This document shows, one piece after another, positions 1 through 14,484 of a stretch of DNA of 64,000 nucleotides. Position 1 is the stretch's first letter. Each line of letters opens with the position of its first letter. A model generated the notes under the pieces. The model had not been told where the DNA came from. It did no database searches and saw only the letters and a list, made by a program, of their open reading frames with translations. The translations under genes and the position numbers were made by a program. Source of the DNA: Escherichia coli (GTDB lineage Bacteria > Pseudomonadota > Gammaproteobacteria > Enterobacterales > Enterobacteriaceae); NCBI RefSeq assembly GCF_001677475.2, contig NZ_CP015229.1; one strand, written 5' to 3'.

Positions 1-200
1 TGTTTTTTGATCTCACCCGGTAAAGTCGCCTATCTTTTCAGCAACAAAACTTGATTAACATCAATTTTGGTATGACCAATGCACCATTCATGTTATTCTC
101 AATAGCGAAGAACATTTTCATTGCTGTAACCTGTTGTTAATTAAGAGCTATGTTAATAATCATTAATTAACAATTGGTTAATAAATTTAAGGGGGTCACG

Positions 201-1505
201 TTGACTACGCCATTGAAAAAAATTGTGATTGTCGGCGGCGGTGCTGGTGGGCTGGAAATGGCAACACAGCTGGGGCATAAGCTGGGACGCAAGAAAAAAG
301 CCAAAATTACGCTGGTCGATCGTAACCACAGCCACCTGTGGAAACCGCTGCTGCACGAAGTGGCGACTGGCTCGCTTGATGAAGGCGTCGATGCGTTGAG
401 CTATCTGGCACATGCGCGCAATCATGGTTTCCAGTTCCAGCTGGGTTCCGTCATTGATATTGATCGTGAAGCGAAAACAATCACTATTGCAGAACTGCGC
501 GACGAGAAAGGTGAACTGCTGGTTCCGGAACGTAAAATCGCCTATGACACCCTGGTAATGGCGCTGGGTAGCACCTCTAACGATTTCAATACGCCAGGTG
601 TCAAAGAGAACTGCATTTTCCTCGATAACCCGCACCAGGCGCGTCGCTTCCACCAGGAGATGCTGAATCTGTTCCTGAAATACTCCGCCAACCTGGGCGC
701 GAATGGCAAAGTGAACATTGCGATTGTCGGCGGCGGCGCGACGGGTGTAGAACTCTCCGCTGAATTGCACAACGCGGTCAAGCAACTGCATAGCTATGGT
801 TACAAAGGCCTGACCAACGAAGCCCTGAACGTAACGCTGGTAGAAGCGGGAGAACGTATTTTGCCTGCATTACCGCCACGTATCTCTGCTGCGGCCCACA
901 ACGAGCTAACGAAACTTGGCGTTCGCGTGCTGACGCAAACCATGGTCACCAGTGCTGATGAAGGCGGCCTGCACACTAAAGATGGCGAATATATTGAGGC
1001 TGATCTGATGGTATGGGCAGCCGGGATCAAAGCGCCAGACTTCCTGAAAGATATCGGTGGTCTTGAAACCAACCGTATCAACCAGCTGGTGGTGGAACCG
1101 ACGCTGCAAACCACCCGTGATCCAGACATTTACGCTATTGGCGACTGCGCGTCATGCCCGCGTCCGGAAGGGGGCTTTGTTCCGCCGCGAGCTCAGGCTG
1201 CACACCAGATGGCGACCTGCGCAATGAACAACATTCTGGCGCAGATGAACGGTAAGCCGCTGAAAAATTATCAGTATAAAGATCATGGTTCACTGGTATC
1301 GCTGTCGAACTTCTCCACCGTCGGTAGCCTGATGGGTAACCTGACGCGCGGCTCAATGATGATTGAAGGACGAATTGCGCGCTTTGTATATATCTCGCTA
1401 TACCGAATGCATCAGATTGCGCTGCATGGTTACTTTAAAACCGGATTAATGATGCTGGTGGGGAGTATTAACCGCGTTATCCGTCCACGTTTGAAGTTGC
1501 ATTAA
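201..1505 (+). CDS. ndh: NADH:quinone oxidoreductase II (type II NADH dehydrogenase)
   Basis: ORF 174..1505; N-terminal [12 protein letters not shown]ossmann motif; matches recalled E. coli Ndh. TTG start at 201 (MTTPLKK) is inferred. Confidence 0.9.
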
Positions 1506-1509
1506 TCGG

Positions 1510-1620
1510 CTTGTACTGGCGGATGCGGCGCAAACGCCTTATCCGCCCTGGACAAATGGTATGAGCGGTAGGCCTGATAAGACGCGTTAAGCGTCGCATC
1601 AGGCATTCCTTCAGACTCCT
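1510..1620. repeat. REP (repetitive extragenic palindromic) elements downstream of ndh
   Basis: Seen in sequence: GCCTGATAAGACGCG / GCATCAGGC and GGATGCGGCG motifs typical of E. coli REP units. Boundaries approximate. Confidence 0.5.
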
Positions 1621-1728
1621 CCGAATCCTTAAGTATTTCCAGCCATTCCCGCGCTTTTCATCTTCTGTCTGATAGCTGCTTTTCTCCTTCGCTTGCATGA
1701 TTGGCATAACTGCAAAGAAGGAGGTGTT

Positions 1729-2271
1729 CCCGTGAATAAATCAATGTTGGCGGGTATCGGGATTGGTGTCGCAGCTGCGCTGGGCGTAGCGGCAGTGGCC
1801 AGTCTGAACGTGTTTGAACGGGGCCCGCAATACGCTCAGGTTGTTTCTGCAACCCCAATCAAGGAAACGGTTAAAACACCGCGTCAGGAGTGTCGCAACG
1901 TCACAGTGACCCATCGTCGACCGGTGCAGGATGAAAATCGCATTACCGGGTCGGTGCTCGGCGCTGTTGCTGGCGGCGTGATAGGGCATCAGTTTGGTGG
2001 TGGTCGTGGTAAAGATGTCGCCACTGTTGTGGGGGCGCTGGGGGGGGGATATGCCGGTAACCAGATCCAGGGCTCTCTCCAGGAAAGCGATACTTACACG
2101 ACTACGCAACAGCGTTGTAAAACGGTGTATGACAAGTCAGAAAAAATGCTCGGTTATGATGTGACCTATAAGATTGGCGATCAGCAGGGCAAAATCCGCA
2201 TGGACCGCGATCCGGGTACGCAAATCCCACTAGATAGCAACGGGCAACTGATTTTGAATAACAAAGTATAA
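1729..2271 (+). CDS. ycfJ: Glycine-rich surface/periplasmic protein YcfJ
   Basis: ORF 1693..2271; sequence MNKSMLAGIGIGVAAALG with glycine-zipper region. GTG start at 1729 is inferred. Confidence 0.75.
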   Translation, partial: PVNKSMLAGIGIGVAAALGVAAVASLNVFERGPQYAQVVSATPIKETVKTPRQECRNVTVTHRRPVQDENRITGSVLGAVAGGVIGHQFGGGRGKDVATVVGALGGGYAGNQIQGSLQESDTYTTTQQRCKTVYDKSEKMLGYDVTYKIGDQQGKIRMDRDPGTQIPLDSNGQLILNNKV

Positions 2272-2292
2272 CAAGGCTGTACTCTGCAATTT

Positions 2293-2327
2293 AGCCCCTC
2301 ATTCGCTCAGGCTGAGGGGCTTTTTTT
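2293..2327. terminator. Bidirectional rho-independent terminator between ycfJ and comR
   Basis: Seen in sequence: hairpin AGCCCCTCA...TGAGGGGCT followed by T-run. Confidence 0.5.
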
Positions 2328-2332
2328 GCGAC

Positions 2333-2965
2333 TTATTTCACCAGTTCGGGCCATAAACGCAAAGTCGTTCCGGCAATCTGCATCAGTTTTTCCAGCGATG
2401 CACCTTCGCGTGCGCTGATCGACATCCCCTGAATAATACAATTAAGGAATTCTGCCAGATGTGTCACGTCACAGTGGGTCGGGATTTCCCCGCGCGCTTG
2501 TCGTTGACATAAAAACTGCTGCAAAGTGCGCTCTTGCATCGCATGGCGTGATTTCAACGTATTGGCGATATCTCCTGAATCCGGGGAGAGGGTGGTGCAG
2601 TTGTTGATCATGAAGCAGCCTGCCGGGGTGTCTTTGCTGGTAAAGCAGTTGGCGATGGCAGCAAAATAGTCAGCCAGCGCAGACTCCACGCTTTTCTCTT
2701 CACAAAACAGCTGTGCTTCATGCTTAGCGGCAAAACGATCGATATAGCGGTCGAGTACGGCGCGGAATAACCCCTCTTTGTTGGTAAATTCCGCGTATAG
2801 CGTGGGCGCTTTGGCTCCGGTCGCTTCGACGAGGTCCGCAAGAGAAGTCGCTTCATAACCATGCTGCCAGAACAATTTCATGGCCTTATCAAGCGCGGCA
2901 TCCCTGTCGAACACTTTTGGGCGGCCACGGCTTTTTTTTACACATTGTGTTGAGTCAGTTGCCAT
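2333..2965 (-). CDS. comR: TetR-family transcriptional repressor ComR (YcfQ)
   Basis: ORF 2333..3043; N-terminal TetR HTH (GRPKVFDRDAALDKAMKLFWQHGYEATSLADL). Start at MATDSTQ is inferred. Confidence 0.8.
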   Translation of the reverse strand: MATDSTQCVKKSRGRPKVFDRDAALDKAMKLFWQHGYEATSLADLVEATGAKAPTLYAEFTNKEGLFRAVLDRYIDRFAAKHEAQLFCEEKSVESALADYFAAIANCFTSKDTPAGCFMINNCTTLSPDSGDIANTLKSRHAMQERTLQQFLCQRQARGEIPTHCDVTHLAEFLNCIIQGMSISAREGASLEKLMQIAGTTLRLWPELVK

Positions 2966-3205
2966 GATGCCGTTGTACCTGGTGACTGTGAATGGAAGGT
3001 TATTATAAAAATAATCACCTCCGTTCACCAGTCCAGAAACCATAAAAATAATTGCTTTCTATTTAACTGAAATTTAAAGGTTTTTAAATTAATTAATGAT
3101 TGTTATAAAAAATATCTTGTATGTGATCCAGATCACATCTATCATTTAGTTATCGATCGTTAAGTAATTGCTTACGACGCCATTCATCTGCATAAGGCCA
3201 CTATT

Positions 3206-3463
3206 ATGAAAAACGTAAAAACCCTCATCGCTGCGGCGATTTTAAGCTCCATGTCATTTGCCAGCTTTGCGGCTGTCGAAGTTCAGTCAACGCCAGAAGG
3301 CCAACAAAAAGTCGGTACTATCAGTGCTAACGCGGGGACAAATCTGGGATCGCTGGAAGAGTAGCTGGCGCAAAAAGCGGATGAGATGGGCGCAAAATCT
3401 TTCCGTATTACTTCTGTAACCGGTCCGAATACCCTCCATGGAACAGCAGTAATTTATAAATAA
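3206..3463 (+). pseudogene. bhsA: bhsA (ycfR) stress/biofilm protein, interrupted by in-frame amber stop at codon 53
   Basis: Translation from ATG 3206 gives MKNVKTLIAAAILSSMSFASFAAVEVQSTPEGQQKVGTISANAGTNLGSLEE then TAG at 3362..3364. Downstream frame continues LAQKADEMGAKSFRITSVTGPNTLHGTAVIYK to TAA at 3461..3463, matching recalled 85-aa BhsA. Confidence 0.7.
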
Positions 3464-3544
3464 GCATTAACCCTCATTAATGCCTGCTACTGCTGATTTT
3501 TTCCCCGCGACATGCCGTGTCGCGGGGATTTTTTTATCCGGGCT

Positions 3545-4510
3545 TTACAGAGTTTGTGGGCTCACTTGATGACGGCGGACATCCACCGGCATCCCGGAAC
3601 GGACATCCATGACATGTTGCATCACTTCAGCGTCAGTTTGTGCTGCATCTTTAAATGATTGCATTGCGCTATTCAGCGTAATTGGCAGCAGCTGCGGATC
3701 GTCATCAATCTTCTCTGACAGCGGCTGATGTACTTCAACCAGACGCGCACCGTTTGGTTCGGCAGAGACTTTAATCGGGGTGTTGATGATATTTACTTTG
3801 GTACCTGGGGTGACCTGGCTAAAGAGTGTTTTGATATCGTCATCCCGCAGACGAATACAGCCAGAACTTACCCGCATGCCAATGCCGAAATCGGCGTTCG
3901 TACCGTGAAGCAAATAAACGCCGCCATAGGCCGCCAGGCGAATCGCATGATGGCCCATTGGGTTATCCGGTCCAGCCGGAACTACCGCAGGCAACTCAAT
4001 TCCCTGTGCCTTATACCGCGCGCGGATGTTTGCCGTTGGCGTCCAGGTTGGGTTTGCACGTTTGTCTGAAACGGTGGTCACCATTGTCGGTGTCAGCGTG
4101 TCACCACCCAACTGACCAATGCCGATGGGATACACGGTTACCGAATTTTTACCCGGCGGGTAGTAATAGAGACGCAGCTCCGCAATGTTGATCACAATGC
4201 CTTCGCGCGGCGCGTCTGGAAGTAGGGTTTGCAACGGGATCGTTAACACGCTACCCGCGCGCGGTACGTAAGGATCAACGCCGGGGTTAGCCTGTAACAG
4301 AGCGAGAAAGCCGACGTTATATTTTTTGGCGATGGCTTCCAGAGAACCACCGTCATTTTCCACCACATGAAATTTGTTTTCACCAACCAGACGACTGCCC
4401 GCTGGTGGCAGCGGCCAGGTGTTGGCTTTTGCCGGTAGCGCCAGCGCCACGGCAGCGGCGAACGTAAAAAACGTTAGCCAGCGAGAAAAACGCGTTTTGA
4501 TCATCACCAA
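3545..4510 (-). CDS. ldtC: L,D-transpeptidase LdtC (YcfS)
   Basis: ORF 321 aa with signal peptide and YkuD-type L,D-transpeptidase motifs (HGT...SSGCIRL). Confidence 0.8.
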   Translation of the reverse strand: MVMIKTRFSRWLTFFTFAAAVALALPAKANTWPLPPAGSRLVGENKFHVVENDGGSLEAIAKKYNVGFLALLQANPGVDPYVPRAGSVLTIPLQTLLPDAPREGIVINIAELRLYYYPPGKNSVTVYPIGIGQLGGDTLTPTMVTTVSDKRANPTWTPTANIRARYKAQGIELPAVVPAGPDNPMGHHAIRLAAYGGVYLLHGTNADFGIGMRVSSGCIRLRDDDIKTLFSQVTPGTKVNIINTPIKVSAEPNGARLVEVHQPLSEKIDDDPQLLPITLNSAMQSFKDAAQTDAEVMQHVMDVRSGMPVDVRRHQVSPQTL

Positions 4511-4650
4511 AAATCCATAATAAATATAAGGTTATTGTAATAAACAGATAAGCCTGAATTATGGATGGTGACAGTGTCGGATAGTGCAGGGAAGTGCAAA
4601 GAATTTGTAAATGTTGCAGATGGGGGCGCAGAAACGCCCCCGATTTACCA

Positions 4651-7600
4651 TTAAGCGATCGCGTTCTCTTCCAGTTCACGCATAAACTGGCGTACCCATT
4701 CGATACGCGTTTTCCGCTCACTCAAATCCTGAATAAATTTCAGACGCGTCGGACCATCAAGGCGGTAATGCTGCGGCTGTTTTTGCAGCAAACCAATCAA
4801 CCAGGCCGGATTAACGTGATTCTTCTCGGCAAATTCGATCACGCCGCCTTTCTCATTACCTTCCAGCTTCTTGATCCCCAGTTTCTGCGCTTGCTGGCGC
4901 AGACGGGCAATATCCAGCAGGGTACGCGCCGGATCCGGCAGCAAGCCGAAGCGATCGATAAGCTCGACTTTGATCTCTTCCAGTTCGTTTTCCGTTTTGG
5001 CGCTGGCAATACGTTTATAGAACGACAAACGCGTATTCACGTCAGGAATGAAATCATCTGGCAATAGCGACGGCATCCGCAGCTCGACTTCTGTTTGCTG
5101 GCTGGTGAGATCTTCCAGCGACGGCTCGCGTCCGGCTTTCAGCGCATCGACGGCGTTTTCCAGCAACTCCATATACAGCGAGAAACCGATGGTTTCCATT
5201 GAGCCGCTTTGTTCTTCGCCAAGCAGTTCACCCGCGCCGCGGATCTCCAGATCGTGCGTTGCCAGCGCAAAACCTGCACCGAGATCTTCCAGCGAGGCAA
5301 TCGCTTCAAGACGTTTTTGTGCATCGGTAGTCATCGCTTTTGGATGCGGCGTCAGCAGCCATGCATATGCCTGATGATGTGAACGTCCGACGCGACCGCG
5401 CAACTGGTGCAGCTGCGCCAGACCGAAGTGATCCGCGCGTTCAATGATAATGGTGTTGGCTGTCGGGATGTCGATCCCGGTTTCGATTATGGTGGTACAA
5501 ACCAGCACGTTGAAACGTTGATGATGGAAATCATTCATCACCCGTTCCAGTTCGCGCTCACGCATCTGCCCGTGACCGATGGCAATCCGTGCTTCAGGCA
5601 CCAGTTCTGCCAGCCGTTCGGCAGCTTTCTGGATGTTTTCCACATCATTGTAGAGATAATAAACCTGCCCCCCGCGCAAAATTTCACGCAGGATCGCCTC
5701 CCGGACCACCAGACTGTCATACTCACGGACGAAGGTTTTAACTGCCAGACGACGGGCGGGCGGCGTGGCGATAATCGACAGGTCACGCATTCCGCTCATA
5801 GCCATATTCAGCGTACGAGGGATCGGCGTTGCGGTAAGCGTCAGAATATCCACGTTCGCGCGCATCGCTTTAATGCGCTCTTTATGACGCACCCCGAAGC
5901 GGTGTTCTTCATCGACAATCAGCAGACCTAAATCTTTAAACTTGACGTCATTTTGCAGCAGTTTGTGCGTACCGATCAGAATATCGATTTTCCCTTCCGC
6001 CACTTCCGCAAGGATTTGCGTCTGCTCTTTGGCGCTGCGGAAACGGGAGATCATTTCGATACGTACCGGCCAGTTGGCGAAACGGTCGCGGAAGTTGTCG
6101 TAATGCTGCTGCGCGAGAAGGGTGGTAGGCACCAGCACCGCCACCTGCTTGTGGTTATCTACCGCCAGGAAAGCGGCGCGCATCGCCACTTCTGTTTTAC
6201 CAAAGCCAACATCGCCGCACACCAGACGATCCATTGCCAGCGGCTGGCTCATGTCGCTAAGCACCGCATTAATGGCCTGCGCCTGATCCGGCGTGGTTTC
6301 AAACGGGAAGCTGTCGCAGAACAACTGATACTGCTCACGATCGTGTTTAAACGCGAAGCCCTCTTTGGCGGCGCGTTGCGCGTAGATATCCAGCAATTCT
6401 GCCGCCACATCACGCACTTTTTCCGCCGCTTTCTGCCGCGCGCGTGACCACGCATCGCCGCCAAGTTTATGCAGCGGGGCATTTTCTTCCGCGCCACCTG
6501 CGTAACGGCTAATCAGATGCAGTGACGACACCGGAACATACAGTTTGGCGTCGTTGGCATAGGTGAGCATCAAGTACTCGCCAGTAATGCCGCCAGCTTC
6601 CAGCGTGGTCATTCCGGCATAGCGCCCGACGCCGTGCTCCAGATGGACCACCGGCTGACCAATATGCAGCTCCGCGAGGTTGCGGATCAGTGTATCGGGG
6701 TTGATGGTGCGGCGAGAGTCCTGACGACGGCGGGCAACGCGTTCACCGAGCAGATCGCTTTCGCAAATCAGCGCCAGGTTACGCACCGTATCGACAAAAC
6801 CATGTTCGGCAGCGCCAATCATCAGATAACGCCCACGGTCGCTGGCTTCATCAAGACGCATAATGCGTTGCGGAGCAATTTTAATTCGTGCGAGCAGTTC
6901 ACCCAGCGCTTCACGGCGACCTTCACTTTCTACCGAGAATACCACCGGACCGTCGAAAGTCTCGAGGAACTTACGCAGCGTATCCAGCGGCGCTTTTTGT
7001 TGTGCCTGAACGGCCAGGTCTGGCAGTTTCTGGAAACCTAAATTGGAATTCGCGGCTTTTGTCGGTAAATGTTCAGTTTTTAGTTGCACTCGGGGCCAGT
7101 TTTTCAGCTCTGAGAAGAGCTCGTCCACCCGCAGCCAGAGCGATTGTGGTGGCAACAGTGGGCGCATCGGATCGACGCCGCGATTCTCAAAACGCGCCAG
7201 CGTGTCAGCCTGGAAACGTTCGGCACTGTTTTCCAGATCGCCAGTATTCACCAGCAAGGTATTGGCAGGGAAATAACTGAACAGCGGCGGCAGTGGTTCG
7301 CTGAAGAACAATGGCTGCCAGTACTCGATCCCGGCAGGTAATGTGCCTTTACTCACTTGCTGGTAAATATGTTCCGGATCGCGCTTCACTTCGAAGGTAT
7401 CGCGCCACTGGCTGCGGAACAGTTCAATTGCCGCTTTATCGGTCGGAAATTCGTGTGCGGGCAGCAGATTGATCGCTTCTACTTCCTCCAGCGTGCGCTG
7501 GCTGTCGACGTCAAACACCCGCAGGCTGTCGATTTCATCATCAAAGAAATCAAGACGATAAGGCAGCTCACTCCCCATCGGGAAGAGATCCAGCAACGCG

Positions 7601-8097
7601 CCGCGCGTGGCGTATTCGCCGTGCTCCATCACCTGGTCAACATGGCGATAACCGGCGCTGTCCAGTTGGGTTCGTAATGCATCTCGTGACAGGCGCTGAC
7701 CTTTTTTCATCACCAGCGCATGGCCGTGGAGAAAACTGTGCGGGCAAACGCGCTGCATAAGCGTATTCACCGGAACAATCAGTACGCCACGCTGCATCGT
7801 CGGTAGCTGGTAAAGGGTGGAAAGGCGCGAGGAGATAATGTCCTGATGAGGCGAAAAACTGTCGTAAGGGAGGGTTTCCCAGTCCGCCAGATTCATCACC
7901 ATCTGATCGGTGAACTGGCTGATTTCATCATGCAAACGCAGAGCATTTTGCATATCTGGTGCAATGAGTACCACCGGACCGGCGTGACGTTCGGCAATTT
8001 CCGCCACCAGCGTCGCGCAGGCAGCGCCAGTTAACTCGCCCAGCAGACGCTGCTCACCCGCTTTGACGGGCAGCGTATAACGATATTGTTCAGGCAT
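4651..8097 (-). CDS. mfd: Transcription-repair coupling factor Mfd
   Basis: ORF 4651..8160; superfamily-2 helicase motifs (GDVGFGKTE, DEEH), UvrB-homology N-terminus. Start at MPEQYRYTLPV inferred from recalled Mfd. Confidence 0.9.
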   Translation of the reverse strand: MPEQYRYTLPVKAGEQRLLGELTGAACATLVAEIAERHAGPVVLIAPDMQNALRLHDEISQFTDQMVMNLADWETLPYDSFSPHQDIISSRLSTLYQLPTMQRGVLIVPVNTLMQRVCPHSFLHGHALVMKKGQRLSRDALRTQLDSAGYRHVDQVMEHGEYATRGALLDLFPMGSELPYRLDFFDDEIDSLRVFDVDSQRTLEEVEAINLLPAHEFPTDKAAIELFRSQWRDTFEVKRDPEHIYQQVSKGTLPAGIEYWQPLFFSEPLPPLFSYFPANTLLVNTGDLENSAERFQADTLARFENRGVDPMRPLLPPQSLWLRVDELFSELKNWPRVQLKTEHLPTKAANSNLGFQKLPDLAVQAQQKAPLDTLRKFLETFDGPVVFSVESEGRREALGELLARIKIAPQRIMRLDEASDRGRYLMIGAAEHGFVDTVRNLALICESDLLGERVARRRQDSRRTINPDTLIRNLAELHIGQPVVHLEHGVGRYAGMTTLEAGGITGEYLMLTYANDAKLYVPVSSLHLISRYAGGAEENAPLHKLGGDAWSRARQKAAEKVRDVAAELLDIYAQRAAKEGFAFKHDREQYQLFCDSFPFETTPDQAQAINAVLSDMSQPLAMDRLVCGDVGFGKTEVAMRAAFLAVDNHKQVAVLVPTTLLAQQHYDNFRDRFANWPVRIEMISRFRSAKEQTQILAEVAEGKIDILIGTHKLLQNDVKFKDLGLLIVDEEHRFGVRHKERIKAMRANVDILTLTATPIPRTLNMAMSGMRDLSIIATPPARRLAVKTFVREYDSLVVREAILREILRGGQVYYLYNDVENIQKAAERLAELVPEARIAIGHGQMRERELERVMNDFHHQRFNVLVCTTIIETGIDIPTANTIIIERADHFGLAQLHQLRGRVGRSHHQAYAWLLTPHPKAMTTDAQKRLEAIASLEDLGAGFALATHDLEIRGAGELLGEEQSGSMETIGFSLYMELLENAVDALKAGREPSLEDLTSQQTEVELRMPSLLPDDFIPDVNTRLSFYKRIASAKTENELEEIKVELIDRFGLLPDPARTLLDIARLRQQAQKLGIKKLEGNEKGGVIEFAEKNHVNPAWLIGLLQKQPQHYRLDGPTRLKFIQDLSERKTRIEWVRQFMRELEENAIA

Positions 8098-8224
8098 AAC
8101 GGTTGTCAGATTCTCGTTAGGATATGCCTCAACATATGGGGGCATATCTCTGATAAGCAATGCTGTTCATTATCCGTAATCGACATGGTTTAGCAAATTG
8201 AATCGCCCCGGCTGGGGCGATGGC

Positions 8225-9298
8225 TTAGCGGGAGTAACTGACGGCAGCGGGCAGTGAAGGCGGGGAGAACAACAGATCGCTGAATGCACGCTGTGAAAGT
8301 TTTCTTACCAGCAAGCCCGCAACAGTACAGATGAACAAACTGACAAAGGGATAAACCAGCAGGAGTGTCAGTTCGACTTGCGGCGACCAGCGTGCTGCGT
8401 TCATTTGCGCAAGCAGAGTTAAGCTGAATATTTCAACCAGAATGCGATGGGAGGTGTAGATAGCAATGGTGTTGGAGCCAATCACATTCAGCAGGCTGGT
8501 GGAGCGCATACCGAATCGTTGCTCGTATTGATAAAACAGCTTCATGATCACCACAATCGATACCAGCGACAACAGCAGCGAGATAGTAAACAACCAGGCA
8601 CCGACCGCCAGAACGGTCAGCAAAGAAGCCATCAGTAGATGGCGGCGCAACGGCACCTCTTTAACACAGGTCATTAATGTTGCGCCAAACCATGCACCAA
8701 GGCTGTAATAAGGCAAATTGCGGATCACACTGTTCATTCCCCACCACGGCGTGGGAACGAAATTAACCGCCACACTCATCAGTACAAACAAGGCGAATAG
8801 TGGCAGCGCCAGACGGCTAAAAATTTTACATACCACGAAATAGACAATTAACGCATACAGATACCACAAGCTGGTGCTGGCGGTGATCATCCCGTGCAGG
8901 AACTCACCGGTGGAATCGGCATAAGCGGCATTGGAGGCATTGCTTAAATCGCGCTCAGGTGCCAGCCACTGGTTCAGCACACTTAACGCCAGCCACTGCA
9001 CCACGCCCCAAAGCGCCAGCACCCAGAAGATGTTCCAGACCCGTTTATCAAGACAATTTCCCCACGGTACGCTGTCGATATAGCGGCGAATCAAATAGCC
9101 GGATATAAAGAAAAAAACCGGCATACGAAAGGGTGCAAGGTAAAGGTTGAAATAGATCCAGCATTTGCTCAGGACTTCCGATAACGGATGCTGAAAAGTG
9201 GTCATATGCGGATAAAAGGTAATGACCGAGTGATAAATCACCACCAGGCAAATACATAACCCTTTGATCTGGTTAATCCATAGCTCTTTTTGTTTCAT
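8225..9298 (-). CDS. ycfT: Inner-membrane acyltransferase-family protein YcfT
   Basis: 357-aa polytopic membrane ORF at the expected position between mfd and lolC. Confidence 0.75.
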   Translation of the reverse strand: MKQKELWINQIKGLCICLVVIYHSVITFYPHMTTFQHPLSEVLSKCWIYFNLYLAPFRMPVFFFISGYLIRRYIDSVPWGNCLDKRVWNIFWVLALWGVVQWLALSVLNQWLAPERDLSNASNAAYADSTGEFLHGMITASTSLWYLYALIVYFVVCKIFSRLALPLFALFVLMSVAVNFVPTPWWGMNSVIRNLPYYSLGAWFGATLMTCVKEVPLRRHLLMASLLTVLAVGAWLFTISLLLSLVSIVVIMKLFYQYEQRFGMRSTSLLNVIGSNTIAIYTSHRILVEIFSLTLLAQMNAARWSPQVELTLLLVYPFVSLFICTVAGLLVRKLSQRAFSDLLFSPPSLPAAVSYSR

Positions 9299-9448
9299 CA
9301 GGACAACACGCTCTTTTTTAATTTACATGCGGTTGATCCTGCGGGTTATGACCCTATGTGTAATGGGTATCTGTCTGTATTGGATGATTTTTCAGATTAA
9401 GATCAGGCGGCAAGATTGATGATAAAACATGGCACTTTAGCCGATTGA

Positions 9449-12697
<3,249 letters not shown>

Positions 12698-12725
12698 AGG
12701 CAGTACATTAAAACAAGGAGCGGCA

Positions 12726-13637
12726 ATGTATTACGGGTTTGATATTGGTGGAACAAAAATTGCGCTTGGCGTATTTGATAGCAGTCGGCAGTTGCAGTGG
12801 GAAAAGCGGGTGCCGACACCGCGTGACAGCTATGATGCTTTTTTAGATGCAGTATGCGAGCTGGTAGCCGAAGCCGATCAGCGTTTTGGTTGTAAAGGTT
12901 ATGTCGGCATCGGTATTCCGGGAATGCCGGAAACAGAAGATGGCACGCTGTATGCCGCCAATGTCCCCGCTGCCAGCGGTAAACCGCTGCGTGCCGACCT
13001 GAGCGCACGTCTTGAGCGCGATGTACGCCTTGATAACGATGCCAACTGTTTTGCCCTTTCAGAAGCCTGGGATGATGAATTTACCCAATATCCGCTGGTG
13101 ATGGGGTTAATTCTCGGCACCGGCGTTGGCGGTGGACTGGTGTTTAACGGTAAAGCGGTGACGGGTAAAAGCTATATTACCGGCGAGTTTGGTCATATGC
13201 GTCTGCCGGTCGATGCGTTAACCATGATGGGGCTTGATTTCCCATTACGCCGCTGCGGCTGTGGTCAGCATGGCTGCATTGAAAATTATCTGTCTGGTCG
13301 CGGTTTTGCGTGGCTGTATCAACACTATTATCATCAACCGTTGCAGGCTCCCGAAATTATTGCGCTTTATGATCAAGGCGATGAGCAGGCAAGGGCGCAC
13401 GTTGAGCGTTATCTGGATTTATTAGCGGTTTGTCTGGGAAATATCCTGACCATTGTTGACCCTGATTTGCTGGTCATTGGCGGTGGCTTATCGAATTTCC
13501 CGGCAATCACAACGCAACTGGCGGACAGGCTGCCTCGTCATCTCTTACCTGTAGCTCGTGTTCCGCGCATTGAACGCGCGCGCCACGGTGATGCGGGAGG
13601 AATGCGTGGTGCGGCTTTCCTACATCTAACCGATTAA
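12726..13637 (+). CDS. nagK: N-acetyl-D-glucosamine kinase NagK
   Basis: ORF 12666..13637; ROK-family motifs ([23 protein letters not shown] zinc site). Start at MYYGFD inferred. Confidence 0.85.
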   Translation: MYYGFDIGGTKIALGVFDSSRQLQWEKRVPTPRDSYDAFLDAVCELVAEADQRFGCKGYVGIGIPGMPETEDGTLYAANVPAASGKPLRADLSARLERDVRLDNDANCFALSEAWDDEFTQYPLVMGLILGTGVGGGLVFNGKAVTGKSYITGEFGHMRLPVDALTMMGLDFPLRRCGCGQHGCIENYLSGRGFAWLYQHYYHQPLQAPEIIALYDQGDEQARAHVERYLDLLAVCLGNILTIVDPDLLVIGGGLSNFPAITTQLADRLPRHLLPVARVPRIERARHGDAGGMRGAAFLHLTD

Positions 13638-13652
13638 ACAACAGAGGTTGCT

Positions 13653-14474
13653 ATGCTGTCGCGTCGGGGTCATCGGTTAAGTCGTTTTCGTAAAAATAAA
13701 CGCCGCCTGCGCGAGCGTTTGCGTCAGCGTATTTTTTTCAGAGATAAAGTGGTGCCGGAAGCAATGGAAAAACCAAGAGTACTCGTACTGACAGGGGCAG
13801 GGATTTCTGCGGAATCAGGTATTCGTACCTTTCGCGCCGCAGATGGCCTGTGGGAAGAACATCGGGTTGAAGATGTGGCAACGCCGGAAGGTTTCGATCG
13901 CGATCCTGAACTGGTGCAAGCGTTTTATAACGCCCGTCGTCGACAGCTGCAGCAGCCAGAAATTCAGCCTAACGCCGCGCATCTTGCGCTGGCTAAACTG
14001 CAAGACGCCCTCGGCGACCGCTTTTTGCTGGTGACGCAGAATATCGATAACCTGCATGAACGCGCAGGCAATACCAATGTGATTCATATGCATGGAGAAT
14101 TGCTGAAAGTACGTTGTGCGCAAAGCGGGCAGGTTCTCGACTGGACTGGTGATGTTACGCCAGAAGATAAATGTCATTGCTGCCAGTTTCCGGCTCCGCT
14201 GCGCCCGCACGTGGTGTGGTTTGGCGAAATGCCGCTTGACATGGATGAAATTTATATGGCACTGGCGATGGCGGATATTTTCATTGCCATTGGCACATCC
14301 GGGCATGTTTATCCGGCTGCCGGTTTTGTTCATGAAGCAAAATTGCATGGCGCGCACACCGTGGAACTCAATCTTGAGCCGAGCCAGGTTGGTAACGAAT
14401 TTGCCGAGAAATATTACGGCCCGGCAAGCCAGGTGGTGCCAGAGTTTGTTGAAAAGTTGCTGAAGGGATTATAA
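13653..14474 (+). CDS. cobB: NAD-dependent protein deacylase (sirtuin) CobB
   Basis: Sir2 motifs ([25 protein letters not shown], CxxC...CHCC). C-terminus ends ...EKLLKGL; the recalled KAGSIA tail sits in the +1 frame. Confidence 0.85.
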   Translation: MLSRRGHRLSRFRKNKRRLRERLRQRIFFRDKVVPEAMEKPRVLVLTGAGISAESGIRTFRAADGLWEEHRVEDVATPEGFDRDPELVQAFYNARRRQLQQPEIQPNAAHLALAKLQDALGDRFLLVTQNIDNLHERAGNTNVIHMHGELLKVRCAQSGQVLDWTGDVTPEDKCHCCQFPAPLRPHVVWFGEMPLDMDEIYMALAMADIFIAIGTSGHVYPAAGFVHEAKLHGAHTVELNLEPSQVGNEFAEKYYGPASQVVPEFVEKLLKGL

Positions 14475-14484
14475 AGCAGGAAGC

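Noticed and set aside
2040-2048. G9 homopolymer inside ycfJ
   Set aside because: The tract is in frame (encodes GGG) and does not disrupt the ORF, unlike the G9 tract at 37645-37653.
5048-7677. Many + strand ORFs of 60-170 aa (e.g. 5407..5931, 5953..6447, 6634..7041, 7357..7677) inside the mfd locus
   Set aside because: They lie antisense within the long, well-supported mfd frame and have no start context; typical shadow ORFs of a GC-rich gene.
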